From Candidatus Thorarchaeota archaeon (GTDB taxonomy: Archaea; Asgardarchaeota; Thorarchaeia; Thorarchaeales; Thorarchaeaceae), in assembly GCA_011364985.1 (NCBI GenBank), contig RDOC01000001.1:224001-288000 (forward strand): a stretch of DNA of 64,000 bases, given 5' to 3'. The first letter of the stretch is position 1; the number at the start of each line of letters is the position of its first letter. The position numbers and the translations under genes were made by a program. The notes beneath the pieces were generated by a model. The model was not told the origin of the DNA. It saw nothing but the letters and a program-made list of their open reading frames with translations, and did not search any database. This document shows, one piece after another, positions 48,716-59,191 of the stretch.

Positions 48716-50062
48716 TTGACAAAAAAAGTAGTTGTAATCGGGATGGGATATGTTGGGATTCCTGCAGCGGCACTTCTGGCTGATGTGAATGGATTTGATG
48801 TTACGGGCCTTCAGCGAAGATCCAAACGTTCAGGATGGAAAATCGATATTTTGAATAAGGGCAAATCGCCATTTGAAGGAGATGAACCAGGTCTCGACGA
48901 GCTCATAGAGAGAGTGGTGAAGAAAGGCAGCTTCCGTGCGACTGACGATGTAGAGGTTCTTACAGAAGCAGATGTCATTCTGATAGATGTTCAGACACCA
49001 ACAGATGCACAGAACATGCCTCGGTATGATTCTCTAAGAGAAGTAAGTGCACAGATTGGCCAACGCATAAAGAAAGGGGCTTTCGTAATTGTTGAGTCGA
49101 CTGTTGCTCCAGGAACAACTGAAAACGTGGTTCAGAAGATCATTGAGAAGGAGTCAGGACTCAAGGGAGGTGTGGATTTCAATCTTGCATTCTCTTATGA
49201 GCGAGTAATGCCTGGAAAACTCCTAGAATTCATAACAAACATGCCGCGTGTCGTAGGGGGAATAACGCCGGAATCCACTCAGCTCGCAGTTGATTTCTAT
49301 TCTACCATCGTAAAGAAGAAGATATACACTACCGACACCCTCAGCGCTGAGCTCTCCAAGACCATCGAGAATGCATATAGAGATGTTAACATCGCTTTTG
49401 CCAACGAGATGGCACTTGTGTGTGAAAGTCTTGGGGTGAATGTCTATGAGATTATTGAGCTGATCAATGCTAGAGATGACAGGCATATGCACATTCCTGG
49501 AGCGGGAGTAGGGGGACACTGCTTGCCGAAGGACCCGTGGCTCCTGCGCTTTGGCCTATACGAATATGGATCATGGAAAATTGAGCCCGAGTTCATCTCT
49601 TTGGCTCGGCGAATAAATGATCACATGCCCATACATATGGCAGATCTAATCGAGAACGCACTCGCTTCTCGTGGAGTGTCAATACATAATGCGAGAGTGA
49701 CTATACTTGGGCTTGCTTACTTGGAAGACTCTGATGACACGCGGAATAGCCCGGCGGCAACACTTGTTGGAGCACTTCAGGCAAAAGGGGCTGAGATTGT
49801 CCTACATGATTCTTACGTCCGTGAATGGGACTTGGGACCACAGGAGATCGAGAGAAACCTGATGAAGGCAGTCAAAGATTCTGATTGCTTGGCTCTGGTC
49901 ACCAAACACAAGGAGTATTTTGAACTCGATTTTGATGGGATTAAAGCCGAAATGAGAACGCCCACAATAGTCGATGGACGGAATGTATTTGATGCGAGAG
50001 AAATTGAGTCGAAGGGCTTTGAGTATAGATGCATTGGCAAGGTAGGAATAAGACGAGGCTAG
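48716..50062 (+). CDS. wecC: Nucleotide-sugar dehydrogenase (UDP-N-acetyl-D-mannosamine dehydrogenase-like)
   Basis: GMGYVG, ESTVAPGTT, ERVMPG, K.IENAYRDVNIAFANE, PGAGVGGHCLPKDP, DDTRNSP. Confidence 0.9.
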   Translation: MTKKVVVIGMGYVGIPAAALLADVNGFDVTGLQRRSKRSGWKIDILNKGKSPFEGDEPGLDELIERVVKKGSFRATDDVEVLTEADVILIDVQTPTDAQNMPRYDSLREVSAQIGQRIKKGAFVIVESTVAPGTTENVVQKIIEKESGLKGGVDFNLAFSYERVMPGKLLEFITNMPRVVGGITPESTQLAVDFYSTIVKKKIYTTDTLSAELSKTIENAYRDVNIAFANEMALVCESLGVNVYEIIELINARDDRHMHIPGAGVGGHCLPKDPWLLRFGLYEYGSWKIEPEFISLARRINDHMPIHMADLIENALASRGVSIHNARVTILGLAYLEDSDDTRNSPAATLVGALQAKGAEIVLHDSYVREWDLGPQEIERNLMKAVKDSDCLALVTKHKEYFELDFDGIKAEMRTPTIVDGRNVFDAREIESKGFEYRCIGKVGIRRG

Positions 50063-51300
50063 GCACCCAGTTTTGGAATATGTCCAGCATATCCGAGTAA
50101 TAAAGGCATGAGGTCTTGTCCAATAATCATTTTGAGAACGCCATGGGCACAGTCAAACTCGGAAAACGCCCTCACGTCATCGGGTCTAATGAAACTACTC
50201 CATAGAAGAACTGGGACCGGATCACATGTATGCTCGCCAATCTCGATTGGCGTTGTATGATCGCCAGATACAGCAATAACAAGCTTGTCACCAACGGCAT
50301 CAATTATCTTCTGTACCATCATATCGGTGCGTTCGATGGCAAGCACCTTTTCCTGTGCATTACCATCATGACTTGCATTGTCAGTTGCCTTCACATGGAT
50401 GAAAACATAATCATAATCTCCTTGGACACACTCAATTGCCCTTTCTGCAATTCCCTCGAAGTTTGTATCAATCGTTCCAGTTTGTCCTTTGACTTTCACA
50501 TGCTCCATTCCGACGTATTTTGCAGTGCCTATATAGAGAGAACCTCCGGCAAGAGCGGCACTCTTGATTCCATATCTCTCCGACAAGGTGGGCATCTTCT
50601 TATGCTGTCCAGGCCCTCTAAGAAGGATGATATTGGCGGCAGGTAACCCTCGTTCGATGCGGTTCTTGTTCACTCTAATGTCCTTCAAACGCTCGTGTGC
50701 AATCTTTGTCAGGCTGTTAACTATCTTGGCAGTCTTCTGTGCTTCAGAAGTGAGAGCCTTGGAGTTGAGAATTATTTCTCCCGTTTCATGAGGGTCCGTA
50801 TCCGTTACTTCACCTGAAAGCCCAGGACCTTCAAAGACTACTGCACCCCGATGTTGACTAGTCGCTGTGAAATGTACCTTGACTCCGTCAATCTCAATAC
50901 CAGCCAGCGCCTCCTCGAGCGCTCTGTGTTCCTCATTGGTGAAATCTCGACCAGCCCTGCGGTCAATGACACGTAATTCAGTATCCACCGTAGCAAAATT
51001 GGCGCGAAAAGCCACGTCACCAGGTTTAGAAGCCAGTCCGGCCCCAAGAGCTTCAAGAGGACCGCGGCCTGGATAGGTGGCAATTGGATCGTATCCAAAG
51101 AGCGCAAGGTGAGCTGCATCACTGCCAGGGGTTATTCCAGGTCCAATCACATCCATGAGACCAGTCTGCCCTTCAAGGGCCAGTTTGTCAAAAGTGGGCG
51201 TCTTTGCTGCTTGAAGGGGAGTCACACCCTTCAGATCCTTGCAGGCCCGGTCTCCTAAGCCATCAAGAATCACTAACATGGCAGTGTGCTTAGTGGGCAT
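50059..51300 (-). CDS. apgM: 2,3-bisphosphoglycerate-independent phosphoglycerate mutase (archaeal type)
   Basis: LDGLGDR, TPLQAA.TP, PGSD.AHL, GRGPLEALG, AFRANFAT, HVKATD.ASHDG, GDHTTP, H..DPVP. Confidence 0.95.
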   Translation of the reverse strand: MPTKHTAMLVILDGLGDRACKDLKGVTPLQAAKTPTFDKLALEGQTGLMDVIGPGITPGSDAAHLALFGYDPIATYPGRGPLEALGAGLASKPGDVAFRANFATVDTELRVIDRRAGRDFTNEEHRALEEALAGIEIDGVKVHFTATSQHRGAVVFEGPGLSGEVTDTDPHETGEIILNSKALTSEAQKTAKIVNSLTKIAHERLKDIRVNKNRIERGLPAANIILLRGPGQHKKMPTLSERYGIKSAALAGGSLYIGTAKYVGMEHVKVKGQTGTIDTNFEGIAERAIECVQGDYDYVFIHVKATDNASHDGNAQEKVLAIERTDMMVQKIIDAVGDKLVIAVSGDHTTPIEIGEHTCDPVPVLLWSSFIRPDDVRAFSEFDCAHGVLKMIIGQDLMPLLLGYAGHIPKLGA

Positions 51301-51303
51301 CTT

Positions 51304-52602
51304 CTAATAGTTCCTCCAAATGGTATTGAACTCCTTACCAGGGTATCCGCATTCTCCTCCGAGTAATGAGTATATCTCCAGTAAGCGGTTGTACTTCTCT
51401 ACACGGTCGCTCCTTGCAGGGCCGCCTGTCTTAATCTGTCCTGTCGATAGCGCCACTGCAAGGTCAGCGATGAATGTGTCACCAGTCTCTCCACTTCTAT
51501 GGCTCACGACGACTGGCCAGTTTGCACCATTAGCTACCTTAGCTGCATCGATTGCCTCAGAAACACTCCCAATTTGATTCAACTTCAACAGAAGAGCATT
51601 TCCAGCACCCATATCTATTGCCTTCTTGACGGTTTCTGGATTTGACACAGTAAGGTCATCTGTGACTATTTGTGCGCGCGACTTCTTGGTGTACTCGGCG
51701 AAATCATCAAAGGCGTTCTCATCAAAGGGATCTTCCACAGTCATCAACGGGAAGGTCTTCTCAAGGTCAAGATAGAACTCCAGCAACTCGCCCGAGTCAA
51801 GGGTCTTACCATCGACTGTGTATTCTCCGTTTTCATAGAACCCGCTTGCAGCGGCATCAATACCCAGCACAACGTCTTTGCCAGGGGTGTAACCTGTCTC
51901 CACCGCTGCATCCAGAATCTCAGAGAAAGCATCACTGGTGTTCTTGAGCCCAAATCCGCAATAGCCGCCCTCGTCGCCCACATGCTTTGCCATCCTTCCA
52001 TGTTTGGATATCATTCGTTTACCGAGGGTATGGTAGACTTCGCTAATGCACTGAATTGCCTCTTGGACATCAGCAGCTCCAACGGGCAGAATCATGAACT
52101 CCTGAATAGCGAGCTCGTTTCCCGCATGAGCACCGCCGTTGATTACATTAGATAATGGAACAGGCTGCAGATATTTTTCCTCCTTGCCAATAACGTTCAT
52201 TCGAAGATACTGGAAAAGATCCATGCCAAGATGTTTTGCTGCAGCCACAGCAGTTGCCATGGAAACCGAAAGAATGGCATTTGCACCGAGTTTCCCTTTT
52301 CCGGGAGTCGGGTCTGCTTTTAGGAGGACGTCATCTACTGCTCGTTGGTCAAGGGGGTCCACCGATGTCACGGTTCCAGCAATTGTAGTGTTTACATTCC
52401 CAACTGCCTTTTCGACCCCCTTACCTCCATACCGTTTGCCGCCGTCTCTGAGTTCCAGAGCTTCTCGGACACCAGTTGAAGCCCCACTTGGAATCCGTGC
52501 CATTCCGACTGTGCCATCGGAGAGATAGACTTTCGTCATGAGTGTCGGATTCCCACGAGAATCCAGAATTTCGATTGCTTTGACATCGATAATGCGTGTC
52601 AT
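51304..52602 (-). CDS. eno: Enolase
   Basis: EILDSRGNPT, PSGASTG, NGGAHA, VGDEGG, EDPF, LLKLNQIG, SHRSGET, QIKTG. Confidence 0.97.
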   Translation of the reverse strand: MTRIIDVKAIEILDSRGNPTLMTKVYLSDGTVGMARIPSGASTGVREALELRDGGKRYGGKGVEKAVGNVNTTIAGTVTSVDPLDQRAVDDVLLKADPTPGKGKLGANAILSVSMATAVAAAKHLGMDLFQYLRMNVIGKEEKYLQPVPLSNVINGGAHAGNELAIQEFMILPVGAADVQEAIQCISEVYHTLGKRMISKHGRMAKHVGDEGGYCGFGLKNTSDAFSEILDAAVETGYTPGKDVVLGIDAAASGFYENGEYTVDGKTLDSGELLEFYLDLEKTFPLMTVEDPFDENAFDDFAEYTKKSRAQIVTDDLTVSNPETVKKAIDMGAGNALLLKLNQIGSVSEAIDAAKVANGANWPVVVSHRSGETGDTFIADLAVALSTGQIKTGGPARSDRVEKYNRLLEIYSLLGGECGYPGKEFNTIWRNY

Positions 52603-52753
52603 CTTTGAACACCTTGTATTTGCAGTTGTACCCTCTGCTCTTTAGTCCTGCCTAAAGGGATTTACGCAATGGCTATGCACATACTGCATCAGAGAAGTCC
52701 TATTATGCCAGATTTCCCTAATGAATCTTCAAAGATAATGGATCGAGATTGAG

Positions 52754-54202
52754 ATGGCAATTGAGAAACGCAACCGAACCAAAATTGTATGTACCATAGG
52801 GCCGGCCTCAAGGTCCGGAGAAACCCTAGCAAGAATGATTGAGGCAGGTATGGATGTTGCACGACTCAACCTGTCCCATGATACTCATGCAATCCACAGA
52901 AAGACCTTCGAAACCATTAGGTCAGTCGACGATTCGATCCCGATTCTATTTGATATTCAAGGCCCGAAGATCAGGATAGGCGATATGAAAAAGGCAGTAG
53001 AACTGCAGACAGGGGATTCCTTCACGTTATCAATCAAGGACTTTGTTGGGAACAGAGAGCGAGCATCAATATCGCACAAGGACCTTCCGAGGGATGTGAA
53101 ACCTGGGGATGTCATAGCTATCAATGATGGGATTGTAAGACTCAGGGTTAAGGAGATTGATGATGATGAGGTGCGTACTGAGATAACGCACGGTGGTCCC
53201 ATCTCAAGCAGAAAAGGAGTGAATGTACCAGGAATACGATTGTCTTGTGGAGTGCCAACAGAGAAAGACCTGAAGGACTTGGACCTCGCAGCTGAACTGG
53301 AGCCCGATCTAATTGCCATCTCCTTTGTTGTTGACGAGAACGACGTGAGACGCGTCAATAAGATTCTGAAATCGAATGGACCAAAGAATGTCGATGTGAT
53401 AAGCAAGATTGAGCATACTTTGGCTGTAAAGAATTATCCCGCCATTCTTGAGGAGTCACATGGTGTGATGATTGCCCGTGGTGATCTGGGTATAGAAGTT
53501 CCAATTGAAGAGGTCCCGATTCTTCAAAGAGACCTGATTCGCGAGGCAAACATGTGGGCTCGAGCAGCTATAGTTGCAACGCACATGCTGGAATCAATGA
53601 TACATGAGCAGATGCCCACCAGAGCTGAAGTAAGTGATGTTGCCCACGCCGTTTTTGATAGAGCAGATGCAGTGATGCTCAGTGGCGAAACGGCCATTGG
53701 ACACGATCCTGTTGGCGCCATTGAAATGATGAAACGCGTCGCAGGAAGGGCCGAGAAACGAATTACTCCCATCAAACCAGATGATATCACATCGCCAAAG
53801 AAGCTTATTGTGGAGGTCATAGGCAGCCTTGTCTACAATACAGTGGCCCTTCTTCCCGACAAGATTGGCGGGGTGATTACTGCAACCAGAAGCGGATTCA
53901 CAGCAAGATGGATCTCAAAGTTCAGACCACCCACGAACATCTATGCAGTCACCAACGATCCAGCAGTCGTAAGGCGACTTAGACTCTGGTGGGGTGTGTA
54001 TCCTGTGAAATACGACCAGGACATCCAAAGCGTTGATGACTTGGTTATGGAGGCAGTTTGCGCAGCCCATGAAAGAGAACTCATCAGTATAGACAAGGAT
54101 GTCGTATTCACATCTGGAGTGAGGCACATCCCTGGAAAGACTAATGTTGTTGGAGTGTTTCATGTGCGCGATCTGGTACAACTCCCCAAGTCTAGATACT
54201 GA
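52754..54202 (+). CDS. pyk: Pyruvate kinase
   Basis: TKIVCTIGPAS, ARLNLSH, GPKIR, KGVNVPG, SKIE, MIARGDLG, PTRAEVSDVA, MLSGETA. Confidence 0.97.
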   Translation: MAIEKRNRTKIVCTIGPASRSGETLARMIEAGMDVARLNLSHDTHAIHRKTFETIRSVDDSIPILFDIQGPKIRIGDMKKAVELQTGDSFTLSIKDFVGNRERASISHKDLPRDVKPGDVIAINDGIVRLRVKEIDDDEVRTEITHGGPISSRKGVNVPGIRLSCGVPTEKDLKDLDLAAELEPDLIAISFVVDENDVRRVNKILKSNGPKNVDVISKIEHTLAVKNYPAILEESHGVMIARGDLGIEVPIEEVPILQRDLIREANMWARAAIVATHMLESMIHEQMPTRAEVSDVAHAVFDRADAVMLSGETAIGHDPVGAIEMMKRVAGRAEKRITPIKPDDITSPKKLIVEVIGSLVYNTVALLPDKIGGVITATRSGFTARWISKFRPPTNIYAVTNDPAVVRRLRLWWGVYPVKYDQDIQSVDDLVMEAVCAAHERELISIDKDVVFTSGVRHIPGKTNVVGVFHVRDLVQLPKSRY

Positions 54203-54557
54203 TTACAGAGATAGGATTATTGCAGGTGGAACTTAGATGTGGCAGCAACTGTCATCGTCTTTGTGGTCCTAAGGAAGAGATGAGCCAAAGAAGGTGCTGC
54301 GGGAGGCACAGTCTGACCGTGTGACTCATATCACTGGCACAACCCTTGATGTTGTCGGAGAACCAAATAGCACGCCGCTCAGACCCGAAGCTCATTTGTC
54401 ATTTGAGGAAAGGGAGATTCGGAGAAGATTCTCAGTGGGAGCTACAACAAGAAACGCTATCCTCATTGGTACGAAAGAGAGATATAGTGTGCTCATTTCG
54501 ACCTATGTGGTGTCACGCTAAAGGACAGAAAAGCAGGATTTTCTCTCAGAGGATGAG

Positions 54558-57500
54558 ATGATGAACAGAAATCAATCTGCGGTGTTTCTTGTCACAATAT
54601 CAGCCGTTGTCTTGGCAACAACACTCCTGATTCTCTATTTCTTGTCCACCCTTCCACTGACCATCGGACCTATTGCCCTGCTGATCCCAGTCTCTATGGT
54701 TGCACTTACGTATCTTGGAATAAAGAATGATACAGAGAGAACATTTCGTATTGATATTGGGAATAGATTACCATGGGAATTGCTCATTGTTGGGATCTGG
54801 GCGGCTCTACTTATTCTGGCCCTATTGCCGAGAGAGACGATGAGCCTGATTTTTGTACCATGGGAAAGTCTGGATGTTTTAGACTTAATACTCTCCGTTT
54901 TCTTTTTGCCGCTCACTTCATTCTTTCCGGGTTATGCAATCCTGAAAGTGGGATTTGACGATATGGACCTTGGGATTCCAGTAAAGCTTCTGATAGCCTA
55001 TATTCTTAGTTGGTTCACCTCGGCTCTATCTGGCTATGTAAGTGTCCTGTTTTTCAGGAGCTCAGGTTTTGCAGGAACCATTCATCTAGCTTTAAGCATT
55101 ATTCTCCTTGCACTCCTTTCCTTGCGCATCTTACTTGAAACGCCAATAGAAGACTCTGAAACAATCGAGGTTCCATTAAGTCTAGTCTTAGTTCTCGTGC
55201 CCATCATCATCGTAGTATTGGCCTCTACTATAGTAAGCAACTTCCCGTTCATAGCCGTCCCCTACAATGACCAGTGGGTTATTTTCGGGGCCACTCTGAG
55301 AATGATGGACAGCACGGTCGCGTATAGTTTTCCGTACTACTGGCCTCAGCTGCATTATTCCACAGTACTTGGTATTAGCAGAATCAATGCTATGAATACC
55401 TACATGTTCCTGCCATTCTTCTCTATCCTAACACCTTTCTGTTTCTATTATTTTGCCAGAGCTTTTGTTGACAGCAGAATCGCAGTGCTTTCCACTCTTG
55501 TTTATACTCTTTTCAGTGGATTAGGATGGATTGCAATTATTGGCTTGACTACCATACAATATTCAGACCTCGCGTTTCTAGGTGATGAGATGGGACTGCA
55601 TCCAATGGTCAGGCCGTTATTTTTTATATATCCCAAGATCTTCTCATCTGCCTGCATCTTCATTGCGATGTATCTAGCCTTTAGAAAGAATAGGGGAAAT
55701 GGTAATTGGAAAACCCCTTTGTTGATTGGAACTCTAATCGCCATATCATACCTATGGCATTTACTTGAGGCGCTGTTGCTCATCTATATGCTAGTCCCAT
55801 TAGCGATTATTATCTATCGCGAGAGAGATTCGGTTAGGCTGCTAACCACAGGCTCCGCATTTGGCATGGTTCTAATTGCCATATTCGGGACGATGAACTC
55901 TGACATATGGAGCTCTAATTTTCCGAGGCTATTTCCGGTCTACCTATCACCCTTGGTCATAGTCGCCATATCAGCAATCATCATTTCATTTGTTGTGCTA
56001 TTGCTGAGAAGTAGAGTGTCGTTTGATTTAGGAAGATATCAAAGAATCACAGACATGGCATCCTCAAGAAGACTTGCAGGAGTAGTGTCTGGAGTACTAC
56101 TGATGATTAGTGCCGTTCTGGTTATTCAAGGACTCGCAGACCTCTATCAGAGTATATCTGACTTGTATGCGATGCGACTGAATTTGTATCCTGTGAAATT
56201 GGGCATATCACTCTTCCTTTTCGTTGCTGCGATTGGGATCGCTCATGAAGAATCAAGGCCCATGACGATTGCAATAACTTTCGTTGCAATCATCTTCTTG
56301 GTGGGGCATACTTATGGATACATTCTTTCGCTCACAGCGAGCGAGGGAAATACGATTCTTTTCCACGACCTTTCGATTCCAATTCTGCCGGAATGGAGAT
56401 TCGTTAGGCAGTATTGGCATTGGATCGCCCTAGCAGCAGGTATTGCTATTCATCGTATCATCTCTCTCGGACGAATTAAAATGCCTAGAATAAGGCCCCA
56501 GCTCCCCAAGATTGCATCAATCACAATCATACTTTGTATTTCGCTAGTTGGAGTATGGGATACGGTCTTGGTCACAGACTATGTGATGAGGGATACATAC
56601 GCTAGTATCAGCCAAGAGGAACTAGGAGGGATATCTTTCTTGAATAACCTGCCGTCAATTGGAACTTGCCTAGCTCCGGGACTATCGATATCAAATCCAC
56701 GAATAGTGACAAGGTTCACCAAGTTAATCCTTGATTCCTACAATAATGACGTATTCTCTTCGACTACTCCCGAAGAGCTTGCGTTGTTGGCATCCATTCT
56801 ATATAGGGAGTCGATTGGAATGGTCCCTGTGTACTATTTCGAATTGGACAGGCTACGTAACACATTGGACTACCATGCTGAGGAGTATTTCTATCAATAC
56901 ATAGTGTCATTTCTTCAATTTATGTATCAGGATGAATTCTCTAGGGTGGGAAGTGTCCCGACATTTTTCCCACCTGACGATTCACCGAGGATCTTACTGC
57001 TTGTCCCTAGTCTTCATGACAGTAGCTACTCTGAGTATTCGGATGCATTCTACACGCATTTCTTGCCTGCAAATATGCTCATGTTCTCGGGCACATCCTA
57101 CGATGTTCGAACCGAATCGGATCTCAGGATTGATGAACAGACGAGTTTTATCATCTCAAGCAATCTGTCTCTAGCCTCTGAACCGTACATCGTGTCATGG
57201 ATTAACAACGGCAATACCTTCATTTTGCTAAACACAACTATGCCTTATGCTTCCTCAATTCGATTGGGAGCTGCTGACGAATTGGTGGCAGCTGGTTCGG
57301 AAGTCAATTGCACTTCTGTGGAGGTGGACTACTCACTAGAGGTATCTCCGGATTGGAGTATCTTGGCGTGGTACTACAACAAGGATGTTCCAGTATCACC
57401 TCTTGCCACCTCGAAGAAATCTGGTGCTGGGGAGATATGGACACTAAAGATGTGGCCATTTACAAACCTATTGAATCCTATGTTCGGGCAGGATGTGCCA

Positions 57501-58139
57501 TGGCTGGTCGCGAATGCACTGACAAAAATCCCTTTTCTTCTAAGCTTACCTAGATTTCATGATGTAAGTGAGCAAATCGAACTTGAAATAGTATATAGCC
57601 CTCTGAATTGCGTGGGCAATATTTCCATTGAGAGCACAAGTCTTGTTCTTCGGAATTGTCCAATAACCAGTTTTGTCTTAGATTATCAAAATGGCACTCT
57701 ATTTGAACATCCTCTTGAATTGGCCACAGTAATCAGGAATTTGGCCCTACGAGGAACCTATAGCATTTCAATCTCTACTAGTTCATGTAGATTATCGACC
57801 AATCATTATACTTGGTATAGTACGTTGTCTTCATCTGATGCTATTCATGTTGAAATTGACTTGAGTGCCGGATCACTAGCCAGATTTGACCTAATAAGCA
57901 GCGCACAAACAAATTCGATTGAAATTGGCGAGGGGATGATTCATTTTGTCTTGGACTCGCCTAACAGACAAGTGGCATTGAACTTGAAATCTGCAGTGTT
58001 TTCGGTGGAGGGACAAGTCAGCTACTTTGATAGGAATTTGCAGCGAAGAAGTGCTAGTGGGTTGATTGAATTTCAGATACTTGGCAGTGGATCTAGTATT
58101 ATTTGTAGCGAATGGAGTGTTGAGCACCCAAGTCCATAG
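54558..58139 (+). CDS. Large multi-pass membrane protein, GT-C-like, with C-terminal extracellular domain
   Basis: About 650 aa of TM helices including LTSFFPGYAIL and an NDQW...YWPQLHY loop, followed by an about 500-aa soluble domain with N-x-S/T sequons. Confidence 0.7.
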   Translation: MMNRNQSAVFLVTISAVVLATTLLILYFLSTLPLTIGPIALLIPVSMVALTYLGIKNDTERTFRIDIGNRLPWELLIVGIWAALLILALLPRETMSLIFVPWESLDVLDLILSVFFLPLTSFFPGYAILKVGFDDMDLGIPVKLLIAYILSWFTSALSGYVSVLFFRSSGFAGTIHLALSIILLALLSLRILLETPIEDSETIEVPLSLVLVLVPIIIVVLASTIVSNFPFIAVPYNDQWVIFGATLRMMDSTVAYSFPYYWPQLHYSTVLGISRINAMNTYMFLPFFSILTPFCFYYFARAFVDSRIAVLSTLVYTLFSGLGWIAIIGLTTIQYSDLAFLGDEMGLHPMVRPLFFIYPKIFSSACIFIAMYLAFRKNRGNGNWKTPLLIGTLIAISYLWHLLEALLLIYMLVPLAIIIYRERDSVRLLTTGSAFGMVLIAIFGTMNSDIWSSNFPRLFPVYLSPLVIVAISAIIISFVVLLLRSRVSFDLGRYQRITDMASSRRLAGVVSGVLLMISAVLVIQGLADLYQSISDLYAMRLNLYPVKLGISLFLFVAAIGIAHEESRPMTIAITFVAIIFLVGHTYGYILSLTASEGNTILFHDLSIPILPEWRFVRQYWHWIALAAGIAIHRIISLGRIKMPRIRPQLPKIASITIILCISLVGVWDTVLVTDYVMRDTYASISQEELGGISFLNNLPSIGTCLAPGLSISNPRIVTRFTKLILDSYNNDVFSSTTPEELALLASILYRESIGMVPVYYFELDRLRNTLDYHAEEYFYQYIVSFLQFMYQDEFSRVGSVPTFFPPDDSPRILLLVPSLHDSSYSEYSDAFYTHFLPANMLMFSGTSYDVRTESDLRIDEQTSFIISSNLSLASEPYIVSWINNGNTFILLNTTMPYASSIRLGAADELVAAGSEVNCTSVEVDYSLEVSPDWSILAWYYNKDVPVSPLATSKKSGAGEIWTLKMWPFTNLLNPMFGQDVPWLVANALTKIPFLLSLPRFHDVSEQIELEIVYSPLNCVGNISIESTSLVLRNCPITSFVLDYQNGTLFEHPLELATVIRNLALRGTYSISISTSSCRLSTNHYTWYSTLSSSDAIHVEIDLSAGSLARFDLISSAQTNSIEIGEGMIHFVLDSPNRQVALNLKSAVFSVEGQVSYFDRNLQRRSASGLIEFQILGSGSSIICSEWSVEHPSP

Positions 58140-58144
58140 TAGTG

Positions 58145-59191
58145 CTACCATAACCCAGCACTTGGACCCAGTGATTCAACAACATTCTCTCTATTGGTTT
58201 CAAGCCAGTTGTAGACCGTTACTAGACCTTCTTTGAAATCCTTCTTCGGATTGTACCCAAGAATCCTTTTCGCTTTCTCAATCGAAGCTAACCTGCGATT
58301 TGATCTGTCCCAATCTCTCTTTGGTTTTTGTATCCATCCGCCCTTACTACCCGTTATCTCAATGACCAAGTCCGCAAGACTCCTGACTGAGGTTTCTGTG
58401 CCCGATGCTAAGTTCATTGCCTCACCAACGGCACCATCTATGACGCCCATTCGAAGAATACCATCCACGATATCATCGACATAGGCAAAATCACGAGTTT
58501 CTTCGCCCTTGCCCATTACTGGTAATGGTCTGTCGTGCATAGCAAGCCACATGAATACTGGAATTACGTTCCGATACTGACCTGGAACCTCGCCAGGCCC
58601 ATAGACATTGAAGAAGCGTCCAATTACTGTGGGCAGACCAAATATTTCATGATAGTGATTGCAGTATAGTTCTCCAAGTAGTTTGTGAATCTGGTATGGA
58701 GTGTCGAGAGTTAGAGATACTGTGCCCTCCTTGAATGGAATCTCAGCATGACTCCCGTAGACAGAACATCCCGAGCCTGCAAATATGACGCGTTTAGGTT
58801 CCATGAGCCGTGAATATTCGAGGACTCTTAAAAGACCTAGACCATTCACCATCAGGTCGGTCTCAGGATGGTCGATGCTGTTCTGATTGGCAAAGTGTGC
58901 AGCCAGATGGATAACGAAATCTGGATTTTCATAGAATACCTGCTTCAGCTTTTGTTCGTCCAGCACGCTTCCCTCAATCACTTGCAAGAGAGGGTGTTTT
59001 GGCAGATTCCAAGGAAATGATGCTGAGAAATCATCAAGGACGGTGATCTTGGCAGGGTCCACAGAAAGCAGTGTTCGCACCAAATTACTTCCGATACATC
59101 CTGCTCCCCCAGTGATCAGAATCTTCTTGTCATTGTAATGAGAAAGAACCTGGCCGCTGTCCAAACTATTACTCTCCAATCCGATAAGCAA
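58145..59191 (-). CDS. NAD-dependent epimerase/dehydratase (extended SDR)
   Basis: ITGGAGCIGS, HLAA, YQIHK (YxxxK), RFFNVYGPG, TRDFAYVDD. Confidence 0.93.
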   Translation of the reverse strand: MLIGLESNSLDSGQVLSHYNDKKILITGGAGCIGSNLVRTLLSVDPAKITVLDDFSASFPWNLPKHPLLQVIEGSVLDEQKLKQVFYENPDFVIHLAAHFANQNSIDHPETDLMVNGLGLLRVLEYSRLMEPKRVIFAGSGCSVYGSHAEIPFKEGTVSLTLDTPYQIHKLLGELYCNHYHEIFGLPTVIGRFFNVYGPGEVPGQYRNVIPVFMWLAMHDRPLPVMGKGEETRDFAYVDDIVDGILRMGVIDGAVGEAMNLASGTETSVRSLADLVIEITGSKGGWIQKPKRDWDRSNRRLASIEKAKRILGYNPKKDFKEGLVTVYNWLETNRENVVESLGPSAGLW

